Shown here one piece after another: positions 38,171 to 49,184 of a stretch of 64,000 nt of DNA (position 1 is its first letter; every line of letters begins with the position of its first letter). The stretch lies in contig JBEKIW010000001.1 in assembly GCA_050011565.1 (NCBI GenBank), positions 576,001 to 640,000 of the forward strand, read 5' to 3'. The notes under the pieces were generated by a model. The model was not told the DNA's origin. It worked only from the letters and a program-made list of their open reading frames with translations, and searched no databases. A program made the position numbers and the translations under genes. This DNA comes from Dehalococcoidia bacterium (GTDB lineage: Bacteria; Chloroflexota; Dehalococcoidia; GIF9; UBA5629).

Positions 38171-38192
38171 ACTAGATAAGGAATAGAGAATT

Positions 38193-39482
38193 ATGACAGA
38201 AGTAGCTATTGTAAGCGGCGTCAGAACCGCAATTGGCGCCTTCGGTAGCTCCTTAAAAGATGTCCCCGTGGTGAATCTTGGTGCACTGGTTATCCGCGAA
38301 GCATTGAAACGAGCCGGCCTGAGGCCTAAGGCAGGGAAAAATCTGTCTGATTATGCCCCTAAAGCACTGAACGATGCCGGGCCGGTCGAGCTGGAAAAAG
38401 CTCACTATAACTGGGATGATTCACTCAGGGAAGTACATGTTGATGAAGTGATTATGGGTAATGTGTTACAGGGCGGCCAGGGACAGAATACTGCCAGACA
38501 AGCTACAATTTACAGCGGTTTACCTAAAGAGACGTATGCCTTTACCGTCAATAAGATTTGCGCCTCGGGGCTTAAGGCAATCACCTTGGGAGCTCAGACG
38601 ATAGCACTCGGTGAGGCCGACGTAGTCATTGCCGGTGGTATGGAAAATATGAGTCTGGCACCTTACGCATTGCCTCGGGCACGCTGGGGATACAGGATGG
38701 ATGTTACTGCTAAAGGAGAAGTCATTGACCTTATGGTTTATGACGGGCTTTGGGAGATATTCTACGGCTATCACATGGGGCTGACCGCTGAGAACATTGC
38801 TGCCAAATATAACATTTCAAGGCTGGAACAGGATGAACTGGGGTTATTGAGTCATCAGCGGGCCAGATCTGCTATAAATCAGGGCTTATTCAGAGAAGAA
38901 ATAGTACCGGTGAATATTCCTCAGAAGAAGGGGGAGGCTGTGGTTTTTGATACCGACGAACGGCCGATGGATACCAGCTTGGAAAAGATGGCAAAGCTGC
39001 CTCCGGTGTTTAAGAAAGATGGCACCGTAACCGCCGGTAATGCCTCCGGTATTAACGATGCCGCAGCGGCAGTAGTGTTGATGAGCCTGCAAAAGGCCAG
39101 GGAATTGAATCTGTCACCGATGGGTATTATCAAGGCTTATGCCTCAGGTGGTGTCGACCCAGCCTATATGGGATTAGGGCCAATACCTGCGGTAAAGAGA
39201 GCGCTGGAAAGGGCTGGCATAGGTATTAAAGATTTAGATGTAATCGAGCTGAACGAAGCCTTTGCTTCGCAAGCCATTGCCTGCATGAGAGAGCTGGGAT
39301 TAAGTACAGATAATACCAACGTGCACGGTAGTGGGGTCTCCCTGGGACATCCCATCGGCTGTACCGGCGCTAGATTGGTAGTGACTATACTACACGAGAT
39401 GAAGAGGCAAAACTTGCGTCTGGGTCTGGTAACCATGTGCATCGGCGGCGGCCAGGGTATGGCCATGGTTATAGAAAGATAG
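38193..39482 (+). CDS. Acetyl-CoA C-acyltransferase (thiolase)
   Basis: NKICASG, GGMENMS, TAGNASGINDAA, ELNEAFA, GHPIG, CIGGGQG. Confidence 0.95.
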   Translation: MTEVAIVSGVRTAIGAFGSSLKDVPVVNLGALVIREALKRAGLRPKAGKNLSDYAPKALNDAGPVELEKAHYNWDDSLREVHVDEVIMGNVLQGGQGQNTARQATIYSGLPKETYAFTVNKICASGLKAITLGAQTIALGEADVVIAGGMENMSLAPYALPRARWGYRMDVTAKGEVIDLMVYDGLWEIFYGYHMGLTAENIAAKYNISRLEQDELGLLSHQRARSAINQGLFREEIVPVNIPQKKGEAVVFDTDERPMDTSLEKMAKLPPVFKKDGTVTAGNASGINDAAAAVVLMSLQKARELNLSPMGIIKAYASGGVDPAYMGLGPIPAVKRALERAGIGIKDLDVIELNEAFASQAIACMRELGLSTDNTNVHGSGVSLGHPIGCTGARLVVTILHEMKRQNLRLGLVTMCIGGGQGMAMVIER

Positions 39483-39560
39483 CAGGTTTGATAGATTTGA
39501 TCGTCATTCTGAGAAAAGCGATGTGTCTTCTCAGTTAAAGAGAATTCGGGAGTCAGAACT

Positions 39561-40175
39561 GTGACGCGGCTTATCATAGTCAGGCATGGCCGGACTGAAT
39601 GGAATAGGATAGAAAGGTTTCGCGGCAGAGCAGATATCGGACTTGATGAGGTGGGCATGAAGCAGGCTGAAGCTGCGGCTAAACGAATTGGAGAATGGCC
39701 GATTTCAGTGATTTACTCGAGTCCGCTGCGCCGGGCTTTGACCACGGCCGAAGTAATGGCGGGCCCGTTGGGGTTAAACGTACTGCTAGTGCCTGGTATT
39801 GTCGATATAGACTATGGTGAGTGGCAAGGGTTGTCCACGGAAGACGCAGTTGCCAGGGATGGTTATCTTTATTCACAATGGATTGAAAGTCCGCATAAGG
39901 TGGAGTTTCCGGGCGGTGAGAGCTTTGCTGAGGTCAGAGAAAGGGCTGCTTCAGCAGTCGACGGCTTGATACAACAGCACCCAAAGGAGACAGTGGTTTT
40001 GGTGTCACATAAGGTGATTTGCCAGATTCTTATTCTCAGTTTGCTGGGACTGGATAGTTCACATTTCTGGCAAATAGCTCAGGACGTCTGCGCTATGAAC
40101 CTTTTTGAAGTGAGAGGTGGTATACCTTCAGCTTTGTTTCTCAACGATACCTGTCACCTGGAAGGTCTGAATTAA
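39561..40175 (+). CDS. Histidine phosphatase family protein (GpmB/CobC-like)
   Basis: RHGRT.WN, SSPLRRA, YGEWQG, GGES, VSH, LNDTCHL. Confidence 0.9.
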   Translation: MTRLIIVRHGRTEWNRIERFRGRADIGLDEVGMKQAEAAAKRIGEWPISVIYSSPLRRALTTAEVMAGPLGLNVLLVPGIVDIDYGEWQGLSTEDAVARDGYLYSQWIESPHKVEFPGGESFAEVRERAASAVDGLIQQHPKETVVLVSHKVICQILILSLLGLDSSHFWQIAQDVCAMNLFEVRGGIPSALFLNDTCHLEGLN

Positions 40176-40195
40176 AATATTTTGTGGGGTTGGTT

Positions 40196-41224
40196 ATGGC
40201 AAAATTTAAAGTTGGCATCATAAATGTTACCGGATATGCCGGTGTGGAATTGGCCAGGCTATTACATAGGCACCCAAGGGTGGAGCTTAGCTCGATTACC
40301 GGCCGAAGTGCTGCCGGGCAGAAGCTAGCAGACGTGTTTCCACACCTGGCGGATATAGATATGACTATTACCGCCGAGCTTGGCGAAGTCGGCCTCGCCT
40401 TTTCAGCAATGCCGCATAAGTCGAGTGCTGAAGTCATCATACCTCTGGTTGAGCGCGGTATCAAAGTTGTTGACATCAGTGCCGATTTCAGACTCAAGGA
40501 TGCCGGTGAATATCCAAAGTGGTACGATTTCACCCATCCGGCGCCGAAATTGCTGCGCAAAGCGGTTTATGGTCTACCTGAAATCCATCGCGTTGAAATA
40601 TCTGGAGCCAGTTTGGTAGCCAATCCCGGTTGCTATCCTACGGGAGCCTTGCTGGCTTTGGCGCCGGCAGTCAAAGAAGGGCTTATTCATTCGGATATTA
40701 TTATTGACAGCAAGTCAGGTGTGTCCGGTGCCGGCAGGACCTTGAGCCTGTCAACACATTTCACTGAAGCTGTCGATAACGTCCGCGCCTATTCCGTGCA
40801 AGGGCATCGCCATCTACCGGAAATCGTACAGGAACTCAAAGCGCTAGCGAACTTTTCTCCTTCGGTGACATTTCTACCTCATCTGGTGCCTATGTCACGA
40901 GGCATACTCAGTTCATGCTATGCCACGTTGAAAGAGGGCAAGTTAGGGAAGAAGGAAGGGAAGCTGACCGACCTGTACCGTGATTACTACAAAGGGGAAC
41001 CGTTTGTCCGTGTGGTGGATAAGCCGCCTGAGACCAAGCAGACCTGGGGAAGCAATCTTTGCCTTGTTTATCCTACGGTTGATGTCAGGAACGGCAGGCT
41101 CATAGTCATTAGCTGCATAGACAATCTGGTGAAGGGCGCTGCTGGACAGGCAATACAGAATATGAATATAATGCTTGGTTTTTCTGAGACTGACGGGCTT
41201 GAAGCCCTGCCGGTCTATCCTTAA
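40196..41224 (+). CDS. argC: N-acetyl-gamma-glutamyl-phosphate reductase
   Basis: TGYAG, DISADFR, ANPGCYPT, SGVSGAG, HRHLPE, DNLVKGAAGQA. Confidence 0.96.
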   Translation: MAKFKVGIINVTGYAGVELARLLHRHPRVELSSITGRSAAGQKLADVFPHLADIDMTITAELGEVGLAFSAMPHKSSAEVIIPLVERGIKVVDISADFRLKDAGEYPKWYDFTHPAPKLLRKAVYGLPEIHRVEISGASLVANPGCYPTGALLALAPAVKEGLIHSDIIIDSKSGVSGAGRTLSLSTHFTEAVDNVRAYSVQGHRHLPEIVQELKALANFSPSVTFLPHLVPMSRGILSSCYATLKEGKLGKKEGKLTDLYRDYYKGEPFVRVVDKPPETKQTWGSNLCLVYPTVDVRNGRLIVISCIDNLVKGAAGQAIQNMNIMLGFSETDGLEALPVYP

Positions 41225-41231
41225 TGGAGTT

Positions 41232-41307
41232 GCCCCCATCGTCTAGGGGACTAGGACGTCAGCCTTTCAAGCTGAAAACAGGGATTCGAATTCCCTTGGG
41301 GGTACCA
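41232..41307 (+). tRNA. tRNA-Glu (anticodon TTC)
   Basis: gcccccatcgtctag..tcagc-ctTTCaa-gctga..gattcgaattc..gggggtacca; cloverleaf with encoded CCA. Confidence 0.95.
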
Positions 41308-41315
41308 AAAATTCT

Positions 41316-41561
41316 TTAGCCGAGCCGGGCCACACATACCTCTCCGCCCTCTATGACCACTGTCATAGTCCTTCGGCAGTTAGGGCAGGTGAGTGGGCCG
41401 CTGTAGTTCATCTTGGATGGCTCCAGGGGGATACCTTTGCCGCAGCCCAAGCAGATTACACCTTCAGGTCGGCTCGAACCGGACTGGTGCTGTTTTTTAT
41501 GCCGGGCTAGCTCTTCGATATTCTCGAATTCAATTCCGCAGGTAACGCATTTAAATCGCAT
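41316..41561 (-). CDS. Small protein with a canonical C2H2 zinc finger and a C4 zinc ribbon
   Basis: Start MRFKCVTC after an AGGAG RBS; F-x-C-x2-C-x3-F-x5-L-x2-H-x3-H, then CLGC...CPNC. Confidence 0.8.
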   Translation of the reverse strand: MRFKCVTCGIEFENIEELARHKKQHQSGSSRPEGVICLGCGKGIPLEPSKMNYSGPLTCPNCRRTMTVVIEGGEVCVARLG

Positions 41562-41854
41562 CTCTGTCTCCTTTCTATAATATCTAAAGGTTTCCACCTC
41601 TCGAAAAAATTTATTATTTTCTCTAATTCTCGTTTTAAGTTCTATTTATCTGGTTGTTATAACGCAATACTGGTCGATAGGTTTACTGTGGGGTCGCATT
41701 AATCAACATCTGATATGTCATGCCGGTGCCGGTCAGTTGATGACTTATAATATTTTTAAAGGCTTTTTGGTTGGAAAGCTGGACCAGTTGAATGCCATCA
41801 TCACCCGCATGCCTGTTAGGATTCACTCAATTTTTCCCTAGTTGTATATGAGCA

Positions 41855-42442
41855 TCAAGCTATTTTTTGTATATGCTGTTTATGTTCTTCAAGTACCTTT
41901 TCGTACTGAGCATTGAGTTGACTGCTTAGATTAAGCCACTCCGCCTGGAACTGAGCTTGAAGCTGTGCTTCAATAGGTACGGCGTTACCGGATTGCTTTT
42001 GCAGAGTTTGACTGGATTCCTTTAGTCTTGCCTCAAACCCCTTTTTGAACTGCGTGTAGGTCTGCTGGCGAGCTTGCTCATAATAATTAAGCAGATTAGT
42101 TATCCGGTCGAGGATAGTTGCCAGCTGGTTTTTGTTTTCCTTCACTATTCTTAAGCCTGCCATGGCACGTTTGGTGATTTGTTGGTCGCGTTCATTTTGG
42201 GGAGGAATTATGTTGCGCATAAATATTTCCTGGGCGCCTTGAGCTATATATTTCCTCAATCCGGTGCCCTTGTATTTGGTTAGTTCAGCATCCAGGTTAT
42301 AATCCGTATCTTGAAGGTATTTAGCCGCCAGTTTATTTCCCACGGGAACGCACTCGAACTGTTTAATCTCCTCCTCAGTCAGTTTGCCCAGTTTTTCTAC
42401 TTTTTCCTGGGCCTTTTCCCAGGCGCTTTTCATCTCACCCAT
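41855..42442 (-). CDS. Conserved hypothetical helical protein
   Basis: 195-aa ORF with RBS; MGEMKSAWEKA start resembles a conserved unknown family; coiled-coil-like. Confidence 0.7.
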   Translation of the reverse strand: MGEMKSAWEKAQEKVEKLGKLTEEEIKQFECVPVGNKLAAKYLQDTDYNLDAELTKYKGTGLRKYIAQGAQEIFMRNIIPPQNERDQQITKRAMAGLRIVKENKNQLATILDRITNLLNYYEQARQQTYTQFKKGFEARLKESSQTLQKQSGNAVPIEAQLQAQFQAEWLNLSSQLNAQYEKVLEEHKQHIQKIA

Positions 42443-42486
42443 GGTACGCTCCTATATCGAGACGGCTTCGGCGTAAAGAATTATTA

Positions 42487-43149
42487 TTAAGCGACTTTTG
42501 ATGCTTCATTTACGTAGAGTGCTCCCCATCTGTGCTGATGCGCTTGTTTGAGTCGTTGAAGCCGTGATTGGAAAGCGCTGGAAGTAAGAGAATCTGTTGT
42601 CATAATTACCGCGTCTTCGCCATTGTCGGTGTAGTAAGCCCGGCGCACACCGACCTTTTGGAATCCATATTTCTCGTATAGCGCCTGGGCCTCTCTATTT
42701 GAGATACGTGCTTCCAACGTCACCACATCGGCATGTAGCTGAGCGGCCATTTCGATGATTTGAACCAGCAGCCGCTCTCCTATGCCCTGCCGGCGGCAAG
42801 CATTTCGTGTAGCCAGTGTGGTTATGTGTGCCTCATCTACCATAATCCAGAAACCGCCAATGCCGACTATGTATTCCTTTGACATGGATGCCGTGTCTCC
42901 ACCAAAGAAGCGTTCCTGGTCGAAAAGGTGCAGTAATTTATATAAAAATCCTTTGTTCTCACAATCATGTGTTTCCGTTTCGCCTTCTATCGGTTTAGCG
43001 ACCACTATATAGCAGGCTAATCGGTTGCGGAGTTCCTGCTTAAAAGAAGTATATGATGGTCTGGGCCATTGTGTCGGAAAAGCCTCATGGTCAATCTCAA
43101 GAGCCTGAGGTATATCTTTATCCTGCATGCCTCGCACAATATAACGCAT
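42487..43149 (-). CDS. rimI: Ribosomal-protein-alanine N-acetyltransferase (GNAT)
   Basis: DEAHITT, RRQGIGE, TLEAR.SN, YEKYGF, RRAYYTDNGEDA. Confidence 0.9.
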   Translation of the reverse strand: MRYIVRGMQDKDIPQALEIDHEAFPTQWPRPSYTSFKQELRNRLACYIVVAKPIEGETETHDCENKGFLYKLLHLFDQERFFGGDTASMSKEYIVGIGGFWIMVDEAHITTLATRNACRRQGIGERLLVQIIEMAAQLHADVVTLEARISNREAQALYEKYGFQKVGVRRAYYTDNGEDAVIMTTDSLTSSAFQSRLQRLKQAHQHRWGALYVNEASKVA

Positions 43150-43302
43150 TAGATGTCGGATATCTTGATTTTGCTGATTTCAAACTGCTGAAGGAGATTT
43201 TAGCATATTTTCTTGGTCGATGATAAGAAACTACACTATCATTTATCAAGCTGCTTGGTTATACTATAGACATAGATTGAACTGCCAGACTAGGAGGTTG
43301 CG

Positions 43303-43626
43303 ATGAAGGGGCAAGTTGTGGCTGAGGTGTCTATAGTCCCAATTGGCACTGCTGATGCCGGCATCAGCCGGTACGTCGCTGCTAGTCTTGAGGTTTTAGA
43401 GGGTAGGAAAGATTTGTCTTACCGTCTGACGCCAATGGGTACCGTTATCGAAGGTCCGCTCAATAAAGTACTTGAAGCAATCCGCGATATGCACGAAGTT
43501 CCGTTCAGCAAGGGGGCGGCGCGGGTGGTTACCAACATCAAGATTGATGACCGACGGGACAAAACAGCGACTATGAATGGCAAATTGGAATCCGTGCGCA
43601 AATTGAGGCCATCTATTAAAACTTGA
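43303..43626 (+). CDS. MTH1187/YkoF-family thiamine-binding protein
   Basis: VSIVPIGT, SRYVA, TPMGTVIEG, IKIDDRRDK. Confidence 0.88.
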   Translation: MKGQVVAEVSIVPIGTADAGISRYVAASLEVLEGRKDLSYRLTPMGTVIEGPLNKVLEAIRDMHEVPFSKGAARVVTNIKIDDRRDKTATMNGKLESVRKLRPSIKT

Positions 43627-43627
43627 A

Positions 43628-44554
43628 ATGGTTGACTTAAGCGTCCAGTTAGCTCCAAACCATCCAAAAGGCCTGCTTCTGGCTAATCCCGTAATGACAG
43701 CCTCGGGCACATTCGGCTATGGAATTGAATATAGCGAGCTAATTGATATACAAAGGCTGGGGGCTATAGTTTGTAAAGGCACAACCTTGAAACCGAGAGA
43801 AGGCAACCCTCAACCGCGGTTGGTTGAAACAGCTTCGGGTGTGCTAAATTCGGTAGGTCTGGAGAATGTTGGGGTTGAGGCTGTAATAAAGGAAAAAGCT
43901 CCAATTTGGGCAAAATGGCAGGTGCCCGTTATTGTTAATATCGCAGGTGAAACAATAGACGAATATAAAGAAATTGCTGCCAGATTAGAAGGCGTTGCCG
44001 GCATAGGTGGTATTGAGGTAAATATAAGTTGCCCTAACGTGTCGTCTGGAGGAATCGAGTTTTGCACAAACAGCGTGTCTGCCGCGGAAGTGACCGCAAA
44101 AGTTAAATCGGTCAGCAGCTTACCCGTAATCGTAAAGCTAAGCCCTAATGTAACTGATATCGGTGAGATTGCCTTGGCGGTAACTGAAGCCGGAGCCGAT
44201 GCCATAACCCTGATTAATACGGTTCGGGGAATGGCTATAGATGCAAGTAGATGCCGACCTTCCCTGGGAAACGGCGTGGGCGGACTTTCCGGGCCAGCTA
44301 TCAAGCCGATAGCTCTTTACATGGTGTATAAAGTTGCCGGAATCGTAGATATACCTATAGTTGGTTGCGGTGGCATCAGTTGTATCGAGGACGCTATAGA
44401 ATTCCTGATGGCTGGTGCCAGTGCAGTCGAGGTTGGTACGGCTAACTTGACCAGTCCTCAGGCGGCTCTCGAGGTGCTGAACGGCATCGAGCAATTCATG
44501 ATAAAAAAGGGCGCGCCCAATCTAAAGGCCGTTATTGGCAAAGCCAGAAGCTGA
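43628..44554 (+). CDS. pyrD: Dihydroorotate dehydrogenase, family 1B catalytic subunit
   Basis: NPVMTASGTFG, GNPQPR, NISCPN, VKLSPNVTDI, GGLSGPAIKP. Confidence 0.95.
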   Translation: MVDLSVQLAPNHPKGLLLANPVMTASGTFGYGIEYSELIDIQRLGAIVCKGTTLKPREGNPQPRLVETASGVLNSVGLENVGVEAVIKEKAPIWAKWQVPVIVNIAGETIDEYKEIAARLEGVAGIGGIEVNISCPNVSSGGIEFCTNSVSAAEVTAKVKSVSSLPVIVKLSPNVTDIGEIALAVTEAGADAITLINTVRGMAIDASRCRPSLGNGVGGLSGPAIKPIALYMVYKVAGIVDIPIVGCGGISCIEDAIEFLMAGASAVEVGTANLTSPQAALEVLNGIEQFMIKKGAPNLKAVIGKARS

Positions 44555-44563
44555 TATCTCGTT

Positions 44564-44971
44564 TCAATTATTCCTGGCAGCTACTTCTTTCTTAATAAAC
44601 TCAATAATCTTGGGTGTGGGGGTACCAGGTCCAAAAACAGCTTTTATGCCCATTTTACGCAACGCAGGTATGTCCTCATCAGGTATAATACCGCCGGCAA
44701 CAAGTAGAACATCGGTCTTTCCTTTTTTCTTGAGTCCAGCCGCAATCAGCGGGAACAGCACCAGGTGTGCTCCGGAGAGGATGCTTAAGCCAACGACATC
44801 GACATCCTCTTGCACGGCGGCTTCAACTATCATCTCTGGTGTTTGCCTTATTCCAGTGTAAACTACCTCCATGCCGGCGTCTCGTAGCGCTCTAGCAACG
44901 ACCTTAGCTCCACGGTCATGGCCGTCAAGACCAGGTTTAGCCACCAGTACTCGGATTTTATCTTCTGCCAT
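44564..44971 (-). CDS. Methylmalonyl-CoA mutase small (B12-binding) subunit
   Basis: [32 protein letters not shown]. Confidence 0.95.
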   Translation of the reverse strand: MAEDKIRVLVAKPGLDGHDRGAKVVARALRDAGMEVVYTGIRQTPEMIVEAAVQEDVDVVGLSILSGAHLVLFPLIAAGLKKKGKTDVLLVAGGIIPDEDIPALRKMGIKAVFGPGTPTPKIIEFIKKEVAARNN

Positions 44972-44982
44972 GGCCTTTCTCC

Positions 44983-45384
44983 TTATACTTTTTGTGCCAG
45001 TTCAATCAGCACACCTTTGGTTGATTTAGGATGTAAGAAACCGACTTTACCGGCCAAACCAGGACGCCCCTGCTTATCAATAAGTTGAACGCCTTTATTG
45101 GCCAATGTAGTGAGCTCGTGGTCGACGTCCTCGACTTCCAGGCAAATGTGATGAATTCCCTCGCCTCGGATTTCCAGGAATTTGGCGATGCCGCTTTGTG
45201 GGTCGATAGGTTCGAGAAGCTCAATTTCACTGCCTTCACCCATGGGTAGCAAGGCTGCTTTTACCCCCTGCTGTTTGATGGTCTCTATCTTGCTGGGTTT
45301 AACATTGAACAGGTTATCATAAAGTTGAAGTGCCTCATCCAGGTTTTTGACTGCAATAGCGATATGGTCGACTTTCTTAATCAT
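44983..45384 (-). CDS. mce: Methylmalonyl-CoA epimerase
   Basis: [34 protein letters not shown]. Confidence 0.93.
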   Translation of the reverse strand: MIKKVDHIAIAVKNLDEALQLYDNLFNVKPSKIETIKQQGVKAALLPMGEGSEIELLEPIDPQSGIAKFLEIRGEGIHHICLEVEDVDHELTTLANKGVQLIDKQGRPGLAGKVGFLHPKSTKGVLIELAQKV

Positions 45385-45393
45385 TTTCCTCCT

Positions 45394-46539
45394 CTAACCT
45401 TCTCTCAAAAGAGCTCTGGCTATGGTCATTCTCTGCATCTCTGAGGTTCCCTCATAAATTTCGGTTATTTTAGCATCGCGCAGGTAGCGTTCTACTGGAT
45501 AATCTTTACAGTAGCCATAGCCGCCGTGAATTTGGATAGCATTATTGGTAACCATTTTCGATGTTTCCGCGGCGTAGACTTTGGCCATAGCCGCCTCTTT
45601 AATAAATGGGATATTATGGTCTTTCAGCCAGGCAGCGCGATAAGTCAGCAGACGGGCAGCATCGATATGTGTTGCCATATCGGCCAGCATCCACTGAATC
45701 GCCTGGAAGTTAGCCAGTGGCTCTCCGAATTGCTGGCGGTCCTTGGCATAGATAAGAGAATCATCAAACGCGGCTTGTGCAATACCCAATGCCTGAGCAG
45801 CCACCGTCACCCGGCTGGAATCTATAGCCTCCATGGCTACTCTCAGCCCACGACCCTTTTCACCCAGAAGGCTGGCTGCCGGAATTTGGCAGTTTTCAAA
45901 GACCAGCTCGGTTGTTGATGAGCCCCGTATACCGAGTTTATTCTCTTCCTTGCCCACCGAGAAACCGGGAGTACCTTTTTCAACTATAAAAGCTGTGATG
46001 CCCCGATGCCCCAAAGATTTATCGACATTGGCAAAAACGACGGCGGTCCCGGCTTCAGCGCCGTTGGTTATAAATATTTTAGTGCCGTTGAGGATATACT
46101 TATCGCCTTGAAGTGTAGCAGTAGTTGCTAACGCTCCAGCGTCGCTTCCAGCTCCGGATTCGGTCAACGCGAAGCAGGCTAGCTTTTCGCCTTTGGCTAA
46201 CGGTGTAACATACTTGTGCTTTTGCTCTTCGCTGCCAAACTTGTAAATGGGGTAGCAGGCTAGTGATAAGCTGGCTAGAAAGACCGTGCCCACAGAAGCT
46301 GAAGCGCGGCAAAGTTCTTCGGCAGCAATCGCCATGCCTAGATAATCTCCGGCGCAGCCTCCATACTCTTCAGAAATAGTTATGCCGAACAGCCCCAAGT
46401 TGGCTGCTTTCTTAATGATTTCAGTCGGGCATTTCCCTTCCTCGTCGATTTTTGCTGCCAGAGGCTTAACTTCATTGGTGGCAAAGTCACGCACCATGGT
46501 CTGGAACATCTTTTGCTCTTCAGTTAGTTGGAAATCCAT
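45394..46539 (-). CDS. Acyl-CoA dehydrogenase (short-chain type)
   Basis: FALTE.GAGSD, NGTKIFITN, KLGIRGS, RQQFG, QIHGGYGY, IYEGTSE. Confidence 0.95.
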   Translation of the reverse strand: MDFQLTEEQKMFQTMVRDFATNEVKPLAAKIDEEGKCPTEIIKKAANLGLFGITISEEYGGCAGDYLGMAIAAEELCRASASVGTVFLASLSLACYPIYKFGSEEQKHKYVTPLAKGEKLACFALTESGAGSDAGALATTATLQGDKYILNGTKIFITNGAEAGTAVVFANVDKSLGHRGITAFIVEKGTPGFSVGKEENKLGIRGSSTTELVFENCQIPAASLLGEKGRGLRVAMEAIDSSRVTVAAQALGIAQAAFDDSLIYAKDRQQFGEPLANFQAIQWMLADMATHIDAARLLTYRAAWLKDHNIPFIKEAAMAKVYAAETSKMVTNNAIQIHGGYGYCKDYPVERYLRDAKITEIYEGTSEMQRMTIARALLREG

Positions 46540-46577
46540 ATGACACTCCTCCTTGTTTTATATATAGGCGTGTCTGT

Positions 46578-48233
46578 TTAAAAGACAAGGTATTCTTTCT
46601 GTGTGCCAAAGACTTTGCGCAGCACATCGCATATCTCACCGACGCTGGCATAAGCCTCAACACAATCGATAAATGCCGGCATGGTATTATCCTGGCTACG
46701 AGCTATTTCTTCGAGTTTTTTGAGCGCTTTCATAACCTTGCCGTTATCTCTATTTTTCTTTATCCCGGTTAATCGTTCTATTTGCTTCCTTTCCAGTTCT
46801 GGGTCTACTCGCAGGAGTTCTGGTATTTCAGTGGAGGGAGAGACAAATTTATTGACACCCACCACAGTAGATTTATTCTCCTCGATATTTTTCTGCTGGC
46901 GATAAGAGCTTTCCTGAATTTCCTTTTGTTGAAAACCCTGCTCTATGGCGGCCACAGCACCCCCCAACTTATCGATTTTATCGATGTATTCGGAGGCTAG
47001 TTTTTCTAAAGCATCAGTAAGATACTCCATGAAATAGGAGCCACCAACGGGGTCGACAATATCGCCGATACCCATCTCGTACGCTAATAGCTGTTGAGTG
47101 CGTAAGGCAATGGTTACTGCTTCCTGTGACGGCGTGGCATAGGCCTCATCGAAAGAATTGGTATGAAGAGATTGTGTTCCACCGAGAGCAGCGGCCAAAG
47201 CCTGGATGGCCACTCTGACGATATTGTTATATGGTTGTTGTGCAGTTAAAGTGCAGCCGGCGGTCTGCGTATGGAAACGGAGCATCATCGAACGTGGGTC
47301 TTTGGCTTTAAACCTTTGACTCATAATCTTCGCCCAGAGGCGACGCGCCGCTCTAAACTTAGCCACCTCCTCAAAGAGATTGTTATGGGCGTTAAAAAAG
47401 AAGGACAGCCTGCCGGCAAATTCATCCACATCCAGGCCGGCATCAATAGCTGCCTGAACATAAGCGATACCATTGGCCAGAGTAAAGGCGATTTCCTGGG
47501 CTGCCGTGGAGCCAGCTTCACGTATGTGATAGCCGCTGATGCTGATGGTATTCCAACGAGGTATGTAACGGCTGCAATAAGCAAAAATGTCGGTGGCCAG
47601 CCGCATCGAGGGACGAGGCGGAAAGATGTGAGTGCCTCGAGCAATATATTCCTTGAGTACATCATTTTGGACAGTGCCGTCCAGCTTAGCCGGGTCGATG
47701 CCTTGTTTCTTAGCCAGTGCCATGTACATGGCCAGAAGTATGGGCGCTGTAGAGTTTATGGTCATCGATGTGCTGACTTTGTCTAATGGAATATCTTTAA
47801 ACAGAATTTCCATGTCCTCTAAGGTATCGATAGCTACTCCGACTTTACCGACTTCCCCCCTGGCAAGAGGGTTATCTGAATCGTATCCGATTTGGGTAGG
47901 CAGTTGAAAGGCAATGCTCAGGCCCGTTAGTCCTTGTTCCAGAAGATACCGGTAGCGCTTGTTAGACTCCTCGGCAGTGCCAAAGCCGGCGTACTGACGC
48001 ATGGTCCACAGTCTGCCACGATACATATTTGGCTGTATCCCGCGGGTAAAGGGGTATTCTCCGGGATAGCCCAAATCAGCATGATAGTTGAAGTCCGACA
48101 TATCATCCGGTGCATAAACGGGCGAGATGTCGATTCCGGAGCTGGTCTTAAATTTCTCTTGTCTCTCGGGAAAGCGATTGACGGTTGGAGCTACAGTGAC
48201 TTTTTGCCACTCTTGCTTGTTTTTGCTCGACAT
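46578..48233 (-). CDS. Methylmalonyl-CoA mutase large (substrate-binding) subunit
   Basis: [47 protein letters not shown]. Confidence 0.94.
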   Translation of the reverse strand: MSSKNKQEWQKVTVAPTVNRFPERQEKFKTSSGIDISPVYAPDDMSDFNYHADLGYPGEYPFTRGIQPNMYRGRLWTMRQYAGFGTAEESNKRYRYLLEQGLTGLSIAFQLPTQIGYDSDNPLARGEVGKVGVAIDTLEDMEILFKDIPLDKVSTSMTINSTAPILLAMYMALAKKQGIDPAKLDGTVQNDVLKEYIARGTHIFPPRPSMRLATDIFAYCSRYIPRWNTISISGYHIREAGSTAAQEIAFTLANGIAYVQAAIDAGLDVDEFAGRLSFFFNAHNNLFEEVAKFRAARRLWAKIMSQRFKAKDPRSMMLRFHTQTAGCTLTAQQPYNNIVRVAIQALAAALGGTQSLHTNSFDEAYATPSQEAVTIALRTQQLLAYEMGIGDIVDPVGGSYFMEYLTDALEKLASEYIDKIDKLGGAVAAIEQGFQQKEIQESSYRQQKNIEENKSTVVGVNKFVSPSTEIPELLRVDPELERKQIERLTGIKKNRDNGKVMKALKKLEEIARSQDNTMPAFIDCVEAYASVGEICDVLRKVFGTQKEYLVF

Positions 48234-48337
48234 CAGTGGTCTCCTACTGCTAAATCTACGACTCCGGGTCGGGACATTGTAACACGAGTGACAGGAATTG
48301 ATAAAGTATTTATGAGCAGTTTTGGTGGAGGCCTAAT

Positions 48338-48952
48338 TTACTGCGGCATATTTCCGGCGGCCAGTTTTTGGCCGATGGAGAAGGCATCTTTCAGTGCTGT
48401 TGGATGTAAATGGATAGACTCACTTTCGTCGATTCCGGAAAAAACCACTTCGCCGGCGTACTTGATATCCAGAGTTGTGAACCAGCTTTTGACGGTAGCC
48501 ATGGCTGGCTTAAATAGATTACGTAGTTTTGTTCCACCTACGGAGACAAAGATTCCTTTGCGTTCTTTACCGGGGTTAATCGCTACTGGAAGCTTAAGTA
48601 CATATTTGATGACCCAGAGTGCCTGGCAGCGGTCAATCATGGCTTTGGTTTGCGCCGTAACACCCATAAAAAAGATGGGGGAGGCTAAAACTATACGGTC
48701 GGCCCCTCTTAAATCGGTGTGCAGCCATTGCATATCGTCGTCCACCACACATTTACCCGTTTTAATACAGCCATCGCAGTGACGGCAGGGTAAGATGTTC
48801 AGTTCGCTCAGGACCACTGTTTTAGTTTCGGCTCCCTGGCTTGATGCGCCGGCCATCACCTGTTGAAGCAGATGGTCGGTGTTACCATCGCGGCGTGGGC
48901 TACCGGCAATACCCAAAACCTTCAGTTGAGGAGCACGTTTATTCTGTGACAA
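48338..48952 (-). CDS. Iron-sulfur flavoprotein / multimeric flavodoxin
   Basis: GSPRRDGNT, C.HC.GC...G.C...DDM, ASPIFF, MIDR. Confidence 0.88.
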   Translation of the reverse strand: MSQNKRAPQLKVLGIAGSPRRDGNTDHLLQQVMAGASSQGAETKTVVLSELNILPCRHCDGCIKTGKCVVDDDMQWLHTDLRGADRIVLASPIFFMGVTAQTKAMIDRCQALWVIKYVLKLPVAINPGKERKGIFVSVGGTKLRNLFKPAMATVKSWFTTLDIKYAGEVVFSGIDESESIHLHPTALKDAFSIGQKLAAGNMPQ

Positions 48953-49184
48953 CTTACCACCTGGTTATTTCTGCTCTTTATATGATAGCATTTCCTTTGG
49001 ATATTTGGGGGAAATTTGTCTCTCAGTGTTAGTTTATAATGTTCAGCGGCATGCATCTTGATTATGCTGAAGGATGACCCGGTAATAAATTAATGGCTAC
49101 GCTTGTTGGTGTTTTGCATGCGGTGGTGAAATAGGCTAAAATTGAAGCCGCTTTTATGGCTGATAACAAGAAGGGGGAGCTTAT

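Noticed and set aside
43150-43302. TPP riboswitch before the thiamine-binding protein
   Set aside because: No CUGAGA/ACCUG aptamer core is visible
48234-48337. Cobalamin riboswitch before the mutase
   Set aside because: The gap is too short and lacks B12-box motifs
47934-48782. Long antisense ORFs such as 47934-48782 and 60698-61603
   Set aside because: They are shadows of well-supported genes on the opposite strand and have no recognisable motifs
49035-49135. Structured RNA (gcatgca...tgcatgc pairing) upstream of the ACD beta gene
   Set aside because: Pairing is short and imperfect and matches no RNA family I recognise
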